Shown: positions 7,954 to 17,703, counted from the first letter of the stretch. The stretch is 40,552 bases of DNA from an uncultured bacterium (GCA_965613085.1 CBFDTW010000001.1:1-40552); one strand, 5' to 3'. A program made the numbers and translations. The notes: generated by a model not told the origin, from the letters alone.

Positions 7954-9246
7954 TTATATGCTGAGTTTCTGTACGGGTCTTTCCTCCAGGAGCAGGTTAA
8001 ATATGGCTCTTGTTACCACTACCGCTGTAAATAAACTGGCAAGTATACCTATGGAAAGTGTAGTGGCAAATCCTTTTACCGGACCTGTACCAAATTGGAA
8101 CAGGATAAGGGCGGTAATCAGTGTAGTGATGTTGGCATCAAGTATTGTTCTGAGGGCTCTGTTATATCCAACATCTACAGCAGAGCGGGGAGCCCTTTCT
8201 TTTCTTAGCTCCTCCCGGATCCGCTCAAAAATAATAACGTTTGCATCTATACTCATTCCAATGGTGAGAATTATTCCTGCTATACCCGGGAGAGTAAGGG
8301 TAGCTTTTAAAGCAGCAAGTGCTGCCATCAAGAAGAGAAGATTTAAGATAAGGGCTGCATTGGCAATTAATCCCGCTTTTTTATAATAAACCCCCATGAA
8401 GATGAGGACGGCAAAAAGTCCAATTAATCCAGAAATCAAACCTTTTCTGATAGAGTCTTTGCCCAGGGAAGGGCCAATAGTGGTATTCTGAATTATATTA
8501 AGGGGAACAGGAAGAGCACCTGATTTTAAAACAATCCTCAGCTCGGTAGCCTCTTCCATGCTGAAGTTTCCTTCTATTACTGCTTTTCCTCCTGTAATGC
8601 GAGTTTTTATTACTGGAGCTGATTTTACTACATTGTCCAGAATTATAGCCAGCCTTTCCCCCACATGTTTTCCGGTAATATCAGCAAATTTTTCTCCTCC
8701 TTCAGCAGTAAAATCAAGAGCTACATAGGGTTGTCCCCATTGACCTATTTCCACCCGGGCATCTTTTATAGCTGCTCCTGTTAAAAGTGCCTCTTTTTTC
8801 ACAAGATATGCTTTTCCTTCAGAATCGTAGAGCAGCTCATCATCAGGAGGAACATTTCCCCTCAGAGCCTCCTTTAAATCCGCCTTTTCATCAAGCAGTT
8901 TAAACTCAAGAAGGGCTGTTTTTCCTATAAGGTCAATAGCTCTCTGGGGGTCCTCTATCCCGGGAAGGTCAACTATAATCCTTGTCTGTCCCTGTCTTGC
9001 AATGGTGGGTTCTCTGACCCCAAACTGGTCTATTCTGTTACGAATAATCTCCAGAGCTCTATCAACAACATCCTTTACAGTTTCGCCCGGAGGAACTCTT
9101 TCTGTATCCGCTTCTAATACAAGGTGCATACCTCCCTTAAGGTCAAGTCCAAGGTTTATTTTTTCTGCCGGTGGATATACAGCCCAGATGGAAAGAGCAA
9201 TCAGAACCACGACAAACAGGAGTATCCATCGACTGAACCTTCGCAT
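7954..9246 (-). CDS. secD: Protein translocase subunit SecD
   Basis: 430 aa. LGLDLKGG motif, periplasmic domain, and C-terminal TM bundle with SIDANVIIFERIREE. AAGGAG SD upstream. Confidence 0.92.
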   Translation of the reverse strand: MRRFSRWILLFVVVLIALSIWAVYPPAEKINLGLDLKGGMHLVLEADTERVPPGETVKDVVDRALEIIRNRIDQFGVREPTIARQGQTRIIVDLPGIEDPQRAIDLIGKTALLEFKLLDEKADLKEALRGNVPPDDELLYDSEGKAYLVKKEALLTGAAIKDARVEIGQWGQPYVALDFTAEGGEKFADITGKHVGERLAIILDNVVKSAPVIKTRITGGKAVIEGNFSMEEATELRIVLKSGALPVPLNIIQNTTIGPSLGKDSIRKGLISGLIGLFAVLIFMGVYYKKAGLIANAALILNLLFLMAALAALKATLTLPGIAGIILTIGMSIDANVIIFERIREELRKERAPRSAVDVGYNRALRTILDANITTLITALILFQFGTGPVKGFATTLSIGILASLFTAVVVTRAIFNLLLEERPVQKLSI

Positions 9247-9379
9247 TATTTATCTCCTTTTCAAATAAGGTTTTAAACTTTTGCTAATTTATCAAAAAGG
9301 AGGAGATTGTCAATAGGAAAGTTCATTTATTACGGAATGATCCGGGCTTGTCAGGTTTGGTTAGATTGTTTATATTTGT

Positions 9380-9407
9380 TTGACTTTATGGCTAAATTTT
9401 GTAATCT
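9380..9407 (+). promoter_or_regulatory. Putative sigma-70 promoter for the rseC-like/rnfE-like pair
   Basis: TTGACT (9380..9385), 16-nt spacer, TAATCT (9402..9407), about 25 nt upstream of ATG 9431. Based on sequence match only. Confidence 0.3.
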
Positions 9408-9430
9408 TAACAAAGCGGGAGTAAAAATTT

Positions 9431-9841
9431 ATGATTGAAGTAGGAGAAGTGGTTGAGGTTAAGGGAAATATAGCCAGAATAAAACTGGAGTTAAAAAAGA
9501 ACTGTAGCAACTGTTCCATGGCTGATTTCTGTGAGCTGGTGGGAAAGGGGGAAAGATATATAGAAGCGGAGAAAACGCCCTCCACCCGGGTAGGTGATAA
9601 AGTTAAGGTGGAAATTGAAGGAGGATATCTTTTAAGGGGGACAACTTTGTTATTTTTACTTCCTGCTTTTTCCTTCCTTATAGGAGCAGCTATAGGCCAG
9701 ATGTTTATGGAGGGGATAGTTTTTTCTTTTCTTCTTGGTGCTGCTTTTTTGGCTTTTACTTTTTTTCTTCTTCACCTTTATGATAAAAAATTAGCCGGAA
9801 GAAAAAGTAAGGTAAGAATTGTTGCCACTCTTTCGGGTTGA
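9431..9841 (+). CDS. RseC/MucC-family (SoxR-reducing system) small membrane protein
   Basis: 136 aa. N-terminal beta domain with Cys cluster (EVVEVKGNIARIKL...CSNCSMADFC) followed by two TM helices, which is the typical RseC architecture. Confidence 0.7.
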   Translation: MIEVGEVVEVKGNIARIKLELKKNCSNCSMADFCELVGKGERYIEAEKTPSTRVGDKVKVEIEGGYLLRGTTLLFLLPAFSFLIGAAIGQMFMEGIVFSFLLGAAFLAFTFFLLHLYDKKLAGRKSKVRIVATLSG

Positions 9842-9904
9842 CTTTTTGGCTGTTTTTGTTAAATTTATATCAAAGTTGTTGCAGATCCAATAAAGGCTGG
9901 ATAG

Positions 9905-10507
9905 ATGAGGTCGTATCGAGTTTACTTAGAATTTGTGAAAGGATTGTGGAGGCAAAATCCCGTATTTTTTCAGCTTCTGGGTATGTGTCCCACTCTGGCG
10001 GTAACTAACTCTGCTATAAATGGTTTTTCGATGGGATTAGCTGTGATTTTTGTTCTGCTTTGTTCGGGGATTGTGATATCTTCTATCAGGAAATTTGTTC
10101 CGTCAGAGGTAAGAATCCCTATTTTTGTCATAATTATTGCCAGTTTTGTAACGGTAATTGATTTTTTGTTTAAGGCAAAGGTGCCCGAGATAAGCAAAGC
10201 TCTGGGACCTTATGTTCCCTTGATTGTGGTAAATTGTATAATTCTGGGAAGACAGGAGGCTTTCACCTCCAAAAATCCCCTTCTGCCCTCAATTGCTGAT
10301 GCTCTGGGTATGGGAATGGGATTTACCCTGGCTCTGGTTATTCTTGGTAGCATAAGGGAGTTTTTTGGCTCTGGTTCAGTTTTTGGTTATCAGATTCTGG
10401 GAGACTACTTTCATCCCTGGGTGATCATGATCCTTCCTCCTGGAGCCTTCTTAACTCTTGGTGTCCTTATTGGATTAATAAATAAATTTTCTCGCCGGTC
10501 CACTTAA
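9905..10507 (+). CDS. rnfE: Rnf/Rsx electron-transport complex subunit E-like membrane protein
   Basis: 200 aa polytopic protein. LWRQNPVFFQLLGMCPTLAVTNSAINGFSMGLAV matches the RnfE/NqrD N-terminal signature, with VVNCIILGR later. Confidence 0.8.
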   Translation: MRSYRVYLEFVKGLWRQNPVFFQLLGMCPTLAVTNSAINGFSMGLAVIFVLLCSGIVISSIRKFVPSEVRIPIFVIIIASFVTVIDFLFKAKVPEISKALGPYVPLIVVNCIILGRQEAFTSKNPLLPSIADALGMGMGFTLALVILGSIREFFGSGSVFGYQILGDYFHPWVIMILPPGAFLTLGVLIGLINKFSRRST

Positions 10508-10527
10508 TTTAAAAGAAATTAAATTAT

Positions 10528-10968
10528 ATGATTGTTAACAAAAAAATAGCTCACGAGTATGAGATTCTTGAGACGGAAGAGGCAGGAATTGTACTCAAAG
10601 GATGTGAGGTCAAGTCCATTCGAGAAGGGAGGGTAAGCTTCACCGATAGTTTTGCCCGGATAAAAGATGGGGAACTATGGCTTTGCAATCTTCACATAGC
10701 TTCCTGCACTCCAGGAGCTAAGGAATATGATCCTAAAAGAGACAGGAAGCTTCTTCTTCACAAGCGCCAGATAAAGAGGCTGAGTGGTATATTGTCTCAA
10801 AAGGGGTTGACATTGGTGCCATTACGGATATACTTTAAGAAAAGTAAAGCTAAAGTGGAGCTGGGACTGGCCAGAGGAAAAAGGAAGTACGAGAAAAGGG
10901 AAAAGTTGAGAAGGAAGGATATAGAGCGAGAAATGAGAAGGGAGATAAAAGAAAGGGGTAGATTTTAG
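10528..10968 (+). CDS. smpB: SsrA-binding protein SmpB
   Basis: 146 aa. NKKIAHEYEILETEEAGIVLKGCEVKSIR ... KLLLHKRQI and a basic C-terminal tail. It lies directly upstream of the tmRNA. Confidence 0.93.
   Translation: MIVNKKIAHEYEILETEEAGIVLKGCEVKSIREGRVSFTDSFARIKDGELWLCNLHIASCTPGAKEYDPKRDRKLLLHKRQIKRLSGILSQKGLTLVPLRIYFKKSKAKVELGLARGKRKYEKREKLRRKDIEREMRREIKERGRF
10807..10834 (+). promoter_or_regulatory. Possible internal promoter inside the smpB 3' region that could drive ssrA
   Basis: TTGACA (10807..10812), 16-nt spacer, TATACT (10829..10834), about 140 nt upstream of the mature tmRNA 5' end. Speculative, since co-transcription with smpB is equally possible. Confidence 0.25.
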
Positions 10969-10979
10969 TTAAGCTAAAC

Positions 10980-11329
10980 GGGGGTGACGAGGATTCGACA
11001 GAGATAAGAGGGTCAGAATTGCACACCAAGGTCCGGGTCCCTTGCAAAACCACCCGGGAAAAATTAAGCGCCAACGAAGCGTTGCCTTTAGCTGCTTAAA
11101 GCAGCTAACGCCTGGTCACTTTTTTCCCTGGAAAGTGACTGAGGTGTGAGAAAACAGGGATAGCCTTACTCTTAGCAAAGGAGAGTAAGGTGAAAAAACA
11201 AACTTTGCTAACCCGTTTTCTATCCTGCCTGTCGGAGAGAAGGCGGGGAAATTAAAAGACAGGCTAAGTGTGTAGATATTCTGGTTTTCTTGTCTCTGGA
11301 CGAGGGTTCGATTCCCTCCACCTCCACCA
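10980..11329 (+). ncRNA. ssrA: tmRNA (SsrA), one-piece
   Basis: 5' GGGGGUGACGAGGAUUCGAC pairs with 3' ...CACCUCCACCA, including the G3:U wobble needed for Ala charging. T-arm GGUUCGAUUCC. Internal tag reading frame 11070..11099 GCC AAC GAA GCG TTG CCT TTA GCT GCT TAA encodes ANEALPLAA*. Confidence 0.93.
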
Positions 11330-11365
11330 TTTCCCTTCCAGAGAGGTTCCTCCCTTTTTGAGAGT

Positions 11366-12169
11366 TTGAGATGTTGCCCAATGGATGAGATAAAAGTAAT
11401 TGTTTGTGGTGCTCGGGGAAGAATGGGTCAGGAAGTGGTTTCTATGATTCTGAAGGAGAAGGGGTGGCAACTAATTGGTGCTGTTGAGTCACCTGCACAC
11501 CCTGAGATTGGAGTGGAGATTTGCAAAGGATTAAGAGTAACCTCTTCTCTCCAGGATGTGCTTCAAAAAGATGCAGTAATAATAGAGTTTACAACTCCCT
11601 CGGCAACTCTGGAACATGTGCGAGTTGCCAGAGAAAATCATATTCCCTGTGTCATTGGAACAACCGGATTTAAAAACTCGGAAATAGAGGAGATAAAAAA
11701 GGCCTCCTGCAGTATTCCTATCCTTCTTTCTCCAAATATGGGAAGAGGGATAAATCTTCTTTTTGCTCTGGTTGAAAAGATAGCCAGAATCTTGCCAGAT
11801 TTTGACAAAGAAATAGTGGAAGCTCACCATAATTTAAAAAAGGATGCTCCCAGCGGAACAGCCTATAGAATTGCCCAAATTCTGGCCGAGGTGGAAGGGA
11901 AAGATCTGTCTCAGCTTGCTGTACATGGAAGAAAAGGAATGGTAGGCAGGAGAAAAAGGAATGAGATTGGAATTCATTCAATTAGAGGTGGAAGCATAGT
12001 TGGAGATCATACCGTAATTTTTGCAGGTGAAGGAGAAAGGCTGGAGATAACCCATAGGGCTGAATCCCGCAAGATATTTGCCCGGGGTGCCCTGCTTGCG
12101 GCAAAGTTTATTGCAGATAAAGAGCCCGGTTTATATGATCTTCAGGACGCTCTGGGAATTAAGAAATGA
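11366..12169 (+). CDS. dapB: 4-hydroxy-tetrahydrodipicolinate reductase
   Basis: IKVIVCGARGRMG Rossmann N-terminus, EAHHNLKKDAPSGTA catalytic motif, and IRGGSIVGDHTVIFAG. The start may be ATG 11381 (MDEIKV...) rather than 11366. Confidence 0.9.
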   Translation: MRCCPMDEIKVIVCGARGRMGQEVVSMILKEKGWQLIGAVESPAHPEIGVEICKGLRVTSSLQDVLQKDAVIIEFTTPSATLEHVRVARENHIPCVIGTTGFKNSEIEEIKKASCSIPILLSPNMGRGINLLFALVEKIARILPDFDKEIVEAHHNLKKDAPSGTAYRIAQILAEVEGKDLSQLAVHGRKGMVGRRKRNEIGIHSIRGGSIVGDHTVIFAGEGERLEITHRAESRKIFARGALLAAKFIADKEPGLYDLQDALGIKK

Positions 12170-13347
12170 GAAAGGAAAGCTCGGGTTTTAAAAAAGCACA
12201 ACGTCTGGAAAAACTACCTGTTTATCTTTTTGCCCAGCTTGATGAGGCTAAAAGAAAGCTTGAAGAAAAAGGTGTTGATGTTATAGATTTAGGAGTAGGA
12301 GACCCGGATGTTCCAACTCCCTCTCCTATTATTGACAGGTTAGTTAAAGCGGCAAAGGACCCTCAAAATCACAGGTATCCTCCCTATGAGGGACTTCTCT
12401 CTTTCCGGGAAGAAGTTGCGAGGTGGTATTTGCGTCGATTCGGGGTTTCTCTTGATCCGGAAAAAGAAGTTATGACTTTGATCGGATCAAAAGAAGGAAT
12501 AGCTCATATCTGTCTTGGTTTACTGGACCCTGGTGATCTGGCTCTGGTGCCGGAACCGGCTTATCCGGTATACCAGGCAGGAGTTATTTTTGCCGGTGCC
12601 CAGCCTTATTACATGCCCCTTCTGGAGGATAATGGATTTTTGCCTTCTCTGGGGGATATAAACCCGGAAGTTGCCCTGCAGGCCAAGCTCATGTGGATTA
12701 ATTATCCCAATAATCCAACTGCAGCAACTGTGGATGTTGATTTTTTTCGAGAGGTGGTAGAATTTGCTCGCAGGTATAATATTGTTCTCTGTCATGATCT
12801 TGCCTATTCTGAACTTTCTTACGATGGATATCGTGCACCAAGTTTACTCCAGGTAGAAGGTGCCAAGGAAATAGCAGTGGAGTTTCACTCTCTTTCCAAA
12901 AGTTTCTGTATGACAGGATGGAGAATAGGATTTGCTGTAGGCAATAAGGACCTTCTTGGTGCCTTAAAGGGAGTTAAGACCAATATCGACTCTGGGGTAT
13001 TTCAGGCAGTACAAGAGGCCGGAGAAGAAGCTCTGAGAATGGGTGAGGAGTTAATTTCCAGGATTAGAGAAATATACCGTAGACGCAGGGATTTTTTTGT
13101 GCAGGGGTTGAAAGATCTGGGATGGGAAGTCTCACTCCCCCGGGCTACCTTTTATCTGTGGATTAAGGTGCCTGAAAATGGCTCATCTTTTGACTTTGCC
13201 CGGACTCTTCTTGAAAAATGTGGAATAGTAGTTACTCCAGGTGTTGGATTTGGTCCTTCTGGTGAAGGATACATCAGAGTTGCCCTCACCGTGGATGAAG
13301 AAAGATTAAAAGAAGCCCTGGATAGGTTAGAGAAAGTTAACTCATAG
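12166..13347 (+). CDS. dapL: Class I/II PLP aminotransferase, LL-diaminopimelate aminotransferase-like
   Basis: 393 aa. LPVYLFAQLDEAK...GVDVIDLGVGDPDVPTP N-terminus and SLSKSFCMTGWRIGF PLP-lysine motif. ATGA overlap with dapB supports a lysine-pathway role, but the specific substrate is inferred. Confidence 0.6.
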   Translation: MRKESSGFKKAQRLEKLPVYLFAQLDEAKRKLEEKGVDVIDLGVGDPDVPTPSPIIDRLVKAAKDPQNHRYPPYEGLLSFREEVARWYLRRFGVSLDPEKEVMTLIGSKEGIAHICLGLLDPGDLALVPEPAYPVYQAGVIFAGAQPYYMPLLEDNGFLPSLGDINPEVALQAKLMWINYPNNPTAATVDVDFFREVVEFARRYNIVLCHDLAYSELSYDGYRAPSLLQVEGAKEIAVEFHSLSKSFCMTGWRIGFAVGNKDLLGALKGVKTNIDSGVFQAVQEAGEEALRMGEELISRIREIYRRRRDFFVQGLKDLGWEVSLPRATFYLWIKVPENGSSFDFARTLLEKCGIVVTPGVGFGPSGEGYIRVALTVDEERLKEALDRLEKVNS

Positions 13348-13457
13348 ACTCCAGTTTCCTGGAAGTTTCGGGGCAAAGATAAAACTCAAAAAGACAGAAA
13401 CCACCGGATACCAGAGCATCATTAAAATTTCTGGAAAACCGGAGGTAAAAGGCAGGA

Positions 13458-14174
13458 ATGTTAAAGCTGTCGGTAAATGTTGATCATATTGCTACTTTAC
13501 GTGAAGCCAGAAAATCCACCTATCCTGATCCAGTTGCCGCAGCCATTTTAGCTGAGCTTGCCGGAGCAAGTGGTATCACTGTTCATCTGAGAGAAGATCG
13601 CCGCCATATAAAAGAAAGAGATGTCGAAATTTTAAGGCAAACCGTGACAACTAAGTTAAATCTGGAGATGGGATTATCCGAGTCAGTGGTAAAATTCGCT
13701 CTTAAAGTTCGGCCGGATATGGCTACAATTGTTCCTGAAAGACCAGGGGAGATTACGACTGAAGGGGGGCTTGATCTTTCCAGATCTGGTGAACGGTTAT
13801 CTGAGGTTATATCCCTTTTGCATGAGGCTGGTATCATGGTCTCTTTGTTTATAAATCCTGCTCCAAACAGTGTGAGAAAGGCTCACAGGCTAAATGCAGA
13901 TTTTGTGGAAATCCACACAGGTTTATATGCCGAGGCAAAAAGTATCCAGGAGGCTTCAGAGGAGGTAGAAAAAATAGCAGGAGCGGCAATGCTGGCTAAA
14001 AAGTTAGAATTGGGAGTTAATGCCGGTCATGGATTGAATTACGAAAATGTGCGTGAAGTTGCCCTTATTCAGGAAATAGATGAATTAAGTATAGGTTATG
14101 CTATTATTGCCAGAGCATCTCTGGTTGGAATGAAGGAGGCGGTTCAAGAGATGCTCAAATTGATGCAAAGATGA
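13458..14174 (+). CDS. pdxJ: Pyridoxine 5'-phosphate synthase
   Basis: 238 aa. LSVNVDHIATLREAR, ITVHLREDRRHI, and ELHTG-like VEIHTG motifs. Confidence 0.92.
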   Translation: MLKLSVNVDHIATLREARKSTYPDPVAAAILAELAGASGITVHLREDRRHIKERDVEILRQTVTTKLNLEMGLSESVVKFALKVRPDMATIVPERPGEITTEGGLDLSRSGERLSEVISLLHEAGIMVSLFINPAPNSVRKAHRLNADFVEIHTGLYAEAKSIQEASEEVEKIAGAAMLAKKLELGVNAGHGLNYENVREVALIQEIDELSIGYAIIARASLVGMKEAVQEMLKLMQR

Positions 14175-14536
14175 AGATAGAAGGTGTAGGAGTAGATGTG
14201 ATAGAGATAGATAGAGTCAGAAAGGCCCTGGAAAGATGGGGTTCAAATTTTGAAAAAAGGATATTGTCTCCCCAGGAAATAAGTCCAAAGAAAGACCTTC
14301 TTCAAAAGGCGGTTTTCCTGGCAGGAAGATTTGCAGCAAAAGAGGCTATTTTTAAATCTCTGGGGATTAATCCTTGCTGGCATAAGGTACTTATTTTAAC
14401 AGGCAAAAAAGGCGAGCCTGTGGTTAGTTTATCTTCCGATGTTCTGGATAATACTGAAAAAAACGTAAAAAGGGTGCTGGTGAGTATTTCTCACTGCAAA
14501 AAGTATGCCTTAGCTCAAGCAGTAGCCATAGGATAG
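14171..14536 (+). CDS. acpS: Holo-[acyl-carrier-protein] synthase
   Basis: 121 aa. GVGVDVIEIDRV N-terminus, RFAAKEAIFKSLG, SISHCKKYA. ATGA overlap with pdxJ (the pdxJ-acpS pairing is known from E. coli). Confidence 0.9.
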   Translation: MKIEGVGVDVIEIDRVRKALERWGSNFEKRILSPQEISPKKDLLQKAVFLAGRFAAKEAIFKSLGINPCWHKVLILTGKKGEPVVSLSSDVLDNTEKNVKRVLVSISHCKKYALAQAVAIG

Positions 14537-14605
14537 CCAATCCAAGTTATCATTCCAGATTAACTTAACCCGGGATAAATTCTATAAGTATAAAAAGGAG
14601 CTTTC

Positions 14606-16174
14606 ATGAAGTTGCTTACATCAGAGGAGATGCGACTGTTGGACAGGATAAGTATTGAGAAAGTTGGCATTCCCGGAACTGTTTTGATGGAAAATGCCGG
14701 CAGAGCTGTAGCCGATTTTATCACTGAGAGGTGGCCTTCTCACTGGAAGGTATACCTTTTTTGTGGTCCCGGTAACAATGGAGGTGATGGTCTGGTTATA
14801 GCAAGACACCTTTATAACAGGGGCTACCAGGTTAAGGTTTTTCTGGTGGGTGCTAAAGAAAAACTAAAAGGGGATGCACAGGTAAATTTAAATATAGCAT
14901 TCAATATGGGAATTAATATCAGGCAAATTGTATCTGCTGCACATCTTACCTCTGAAAGGGAAAAGCTGGATAATGAAGAATGTATGCTTTTAGTTGATGC
15001 TCTTTTGGGTACAGGAGCAAAAGGAGCTCCAAGAGGTATTTTGAAAGAAATGGTTAGTTTTATTAACAGATGTAAGGGGATCAAGATAGCGGTGGATCTT
15101 CCCACTGGTGTGGATGCTGATACAGGACAGGTAGCAGGAGAAGCGGTAAAAGCAGATTATACAATAACTTTTGCTTATCCCAAAAGGGGCATTTATCTTT
15201 ATCCTGGGATTAATTATGTCGGGAAGGTAAAGATAGTGGATATTGGTATTCCCTCCGATATTCTGGAAAAGGAAAATTTAAATATACCGGCAAATCTTTT
15301 ACTTCGGGAGGATTTTTCTCCTCGGCTTTTTTATCGGCCTCCAGCTTCTCACAAGGGTAACTTTGGTCACCTTTTTGTACTGGCAGGCTCTCCAGGAATG
15401 ACCGGTGCAGCCACTCTTGCCTGTATGGCTGCCCTGAGAGCAGGTACAGGACTTATTACACTCGGAACTCCAGCCAGTCTCAATCCCATTTTAGAGGTAA
15501 AACTAACCGAGGTTATGACTTTACCTCTTCCTGAAACAAAACAGGGAACTTTATCCTGTGAAGCTTTAGAGGAAATTATTGGGTTTAGTGATAGATGTCA
15601 GGCTCTTGTGCTTGGCCCGGGACTATCACGTAATCCTGAAACTCAAAAACTGGTGAGAGAAATTTTAAAGAATTTAAAGCTTCCCCTGGTGTTAGATGCG
15701 GATGGGATAAATGCCCTGGCCGGAAAGGTGGAAATTATCTCCAGTTATGAGGGCCCTTTAGTTTTGACCCCTCATCCCGGAGAACTTTCCCGGTTAAAAG
15801 GGGTTTCTGTTCCGGATATTCAAAAAGACAGAATTAAAGCAGCTGTTGATCTTGCCAGTACTACAGGGAAAATAGTTGTATTAAAAGGAGCAGCTACAGT
15901 AATCGCTGAACCAGAAGGTTCATGCTGGGTGAATACTACAGGAAACCCGGGTATGGCCTCCGGAGGAACTGGAGATGTTTTAACCGGAATAATTGGTGGT
16001 TTCTTAGCCCAGGGAATAGATATTTTGACTTCTGCTAAACTGGGGGTTTATCTTCATGGCCTGGCAGCAGATTTAGCTGTTAAAGAGCAAGGTGGGCTTA
16101 CTTTATTAGCTGCGGGGGATATAATAAAAAATTTAATTTCTGCTATAAGGAGTTTAAGTAATGAATATCACTGA
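14606..16174 (+). CDS. nnr: Bifunctional NAD(P)H-hydrate repair enzyme (epimerase + ADP-dependent dehydratase; YjeF family)
   Basis: 522 aa. N-terminal YjeF_N domain ([15 protein letters not shown]) and C-terminal carbohydrate-kinase domain ([14 protein letters not shown]..., GGTGDVLTG). Confidence 0.9.
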   Translation: MKLLTSEEMRLLDRISIEKVGIPGTVLMENAGRAVADFITERWPSHWKVYLFCGPGNNGGDGLVIARHLYNRGYQVKVFLVGAKEKLKGDAQVNLNIAFNMGINIRQIVSAAHLTSEREKLDNEECMLLVDALLGTGAKGAPRGILKEMVSFINRCKGIKIAVDLPTGVDADTGQVAGEAVKADYTITFAYPKRGIYLYPGINYVGKVKIVDIGIPSDILEKENLNIPANLLLREDFSPRLFYRPPASHKGNFGHLFVLAGSPGMTGAATLACMAALRAGTGLITLGTPASLNPILEVKLTEVMTLPLPETKQGTLSCEALEEIIGFSDRCQALVLGPGLSRNPETQKLVREILKNLKLPLVLDADGINALAGKVEIISSYEGPLVLTPHPGELSRLKGVSVPDIQKDRIKAAVDLASTTGKIVVLKGAATVIAEPEGSCWVNTTGNPGMASGGTGDVLTGIIGGFLAQGIDILTSAKLGVYLHGLAADLAVKEQGGLTLLAAGDIIKNLISAIRSLSNEYH

Positions 16175-17426
16175 ACTACAGAAAAAAACCATTACCGAGT
16201 TGCACCAGGAAGCAGCCAGGAGAAACATCACTGATTACAAGCATTTAAAGAAGCAGGACTTGATTTTCAGGATTATTCAGGATGAGATAGATAAAGAAAA
16301 TATAGTATACGGTTCTGGTGTGCTGGATATACTTCCAGAAGGATATGGCTTTCTTAGAAGTAATTATCTGTCAGGGCCAGATGATATATATGTTTCTCCC
16401 TCGCAAATTAAACGTTTTGACCTGAGAGAGGGCGATACTGTTAGCGGTCAGATAAGACCCCCTAAGGAAAATGAAAACTATTTTGCCCTGCTTAAGGTAG
16501 AAAAGGTTAATGGGGAAGACCCTGAGAAAGCCAGGAACAGAACCGTTTTTGAAAATCTTACCCCTCTTTATCCCCATGAAAGAATCAGACTGGAAACTAC
16601 TAAAGATGAAATCTCTACAAGACTGATTGATCTGATAGCTCCCATAGGAAAGGGACAGAGAGGGCTTATAGTTGCTCCGCCCAAGACAGGGAAAACTATT
16701 CTTTTGCAGAAGATCGCCAATGCTATTACCGAGAATCATCCTGAAATTGAATTGATAGTACTGCTCATAGATGAGCGGCCGGAAGAAGTTACCGACATGC
16801 AACGCTCGGTAAAGGGTGAGGTAGCTTATTCTACTTTTGATGAACCGGCTAAAAACCAGATAAAGGTAGCAGAATTGGTTATTGAAAAAGCCAAAAGATT
16901 GGTAGAACAGGGCAGGGATGTTACCATTCTTCTGGACAGCATAACAAGACTGGCAAGGGCCTATAATTTGCTTATGCCGACAAGTGGAAAGGTCCTTTCT
17001 GGAGGGATAGATGCAAATACCCTGCATCACCCCAAGCACTTTTTTGGTGCAGCAAGAAAAGTGGAGGAGGGAGGGAGCCTTACTATTCTGGCTACGGCAC
17101 TGGTGGAAACAGGAAGTAAAATGGATGAGGTCATTTTTGAGGAGTTTAAAGGAACAGGAAATATGGAGCTGAGACTTACCAGGGAACTTGCTGAAAGGAG
17201 AATATTTCCTGCTATTGATATCAACAGATCCGGTACCAGAAAAGAGGAACTTTTGCTGGATGAGAAGGAGCTAAAGGCTATATGGACTCTCAGAGATTAT
17301 CTAAATCGGCAGAATGTAAAGGAGCCTGTCGAGGCCATTATTGAAGTTATGAAGAAAACAGAAAATAATCAGCAATTTTTGGAGATTATTTCTCACCTTG
17401 AGAAAAACTCAGGGTTTGATTTGTAA
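16161..17426 (+). CDS. rho: Transcription termination factor Rho
   Basis: 421 aa. N-terminal [15 protein letters not shown]-binding GYGFLR, Walker [18 protein letters not shown], and [20 protein letters not shown]. Confidence 0.95.
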   Translation: MNITELQKKTITELHQEAARRNITDYKHLKKQDLIFRIIQDEIDKENIVYGSGVLDILPEGYGFLRSNYLSGPDDIYVSPSQIKRFDLREGDTVSGQIRPPKENENYFALLKVEKVNGEDPEKARNRTVFENLTPLYPHERIRLETTKDEISTRLIDLIAPIGKGQRGLIVAPPKTGKTILLQKIANAITENHPEIELIVLLIDERPEEVTDMQRSVKGEVAYSTFDEPAKNQIKVAELVIEKAKRLVEQGRDVTILLDSITRLARAYNLLMPTSGKVLSGGIDANTLHHPKHFFGAARKVEEGGSLTILATALVETGSKMDEVIFEEFKGTGNMELRLTRELAERRIFPAIDINRSGTRKEELLLDEKELKAIWTLRDYLNRQNVKEPVEAIIEVMKKTENNQQFLEIISHLEKNSGFDL

Positions 17427-17443
17427 AATTCAGGGAGGAGAAA

Positions 17444-17647
17444 ATGAAGGAAGGGATTCATCCTGAATATAAAGAGACAGTTGTAAGGTGCGCCTGTGGT
17501 GCCGAGTTTAAAACAAAGTCAACCAAGCAGAATATACACGTTGAAGTCTGCTCTCGCTGTCATCCATTTTTTACCGGCGCTGCTCAACAGAGGTTTATAG
17601 ATAGCGAAGGACGCATCGAAAGATTTCGTAAAAAATACGGAAAGTAA
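17444..17647 (+). CDS. rpmE: 50S ribosomal protein L31 (Zn-ribbon type)
   Basis: 67 aa. [19 protein letters not shown]...[11 protein letters not shown]. Confidence 0.93.
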   Translation: MKEGIHPEYKETVVRCACGAEFKTKSTKQNIHVEVCSRCHPFFTGAAQQRFIDSEGRIERFRKKYGK

Positions 17648-17667
17648 GGTTTGATATTAACTGACAT

Positions 17668-17697
17668 AAAAAGGGACCCGCAGGCGGGCCCCTTTTT
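17668..17697. terminator. Bidirectional Rho-independent terminator between convergent rpmE and the LysM coiled-coil gene
   Basis: AAAAA-GGGACCCGC-ag-GCGGGCCCC-TTTTT. A GC-rich stem of about 8 bp (one A/C mismatch) is flanked by an A-run and a T-run, so a U-tract follows the hairpin on either strand. Confidence 0.8.
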
Positions 17698-17703
17698 ATA
17701 TAT

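Noticed and set aside
9307-9438. 43-codon small ORF (TTG start, MSIGKFIYYGMIRACQVWLDCLYLFDFMAKFCNLNKAGVKIYD) after an orphan AAGGAGGAG motif, ending in an overlap with the rseC-like start
   Set aside because: The SD-to-start spacing is only 3-4 nt and the start is non-ATG. The putative rseC promoter lies inside it, and the peptide has no recognisable features. It is most likely chance and would need ribosome profiling or conservation to revive.
11330-11380. Possible genomic island or prophage integrated at the ssrA 3' end
   Set aside because: Only about 50 nt separate the tmRNA from dapB. There is no integrase, no direct repeat of the tmRNA 3' end, and no foreign-looking genes.
11264-11470. 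68-aa minus-strand ORF overlapping the tmRNA 3' end and the dapB start
   Set aside because: It overlaps the acceptor and T-arm of a confidently identified tmRNA and the dapB 5' end, and nothing supports it independently.
16371-17039. 222-aa antisense ORF inside rho. Similar long antisense or alternate-frame ORFs occur at 28792..29388, 7853..8386, 21620..22096, 39772..40236 and 31838..32224
   Set aside because: Each lies fully within a strongly conserved gene on the other strand or frame. They have no SD or promoter context and low-complexity, unrecognisable translations. Such shadow ORFs are expected in AT-rich, purine-skewed coding DNA.
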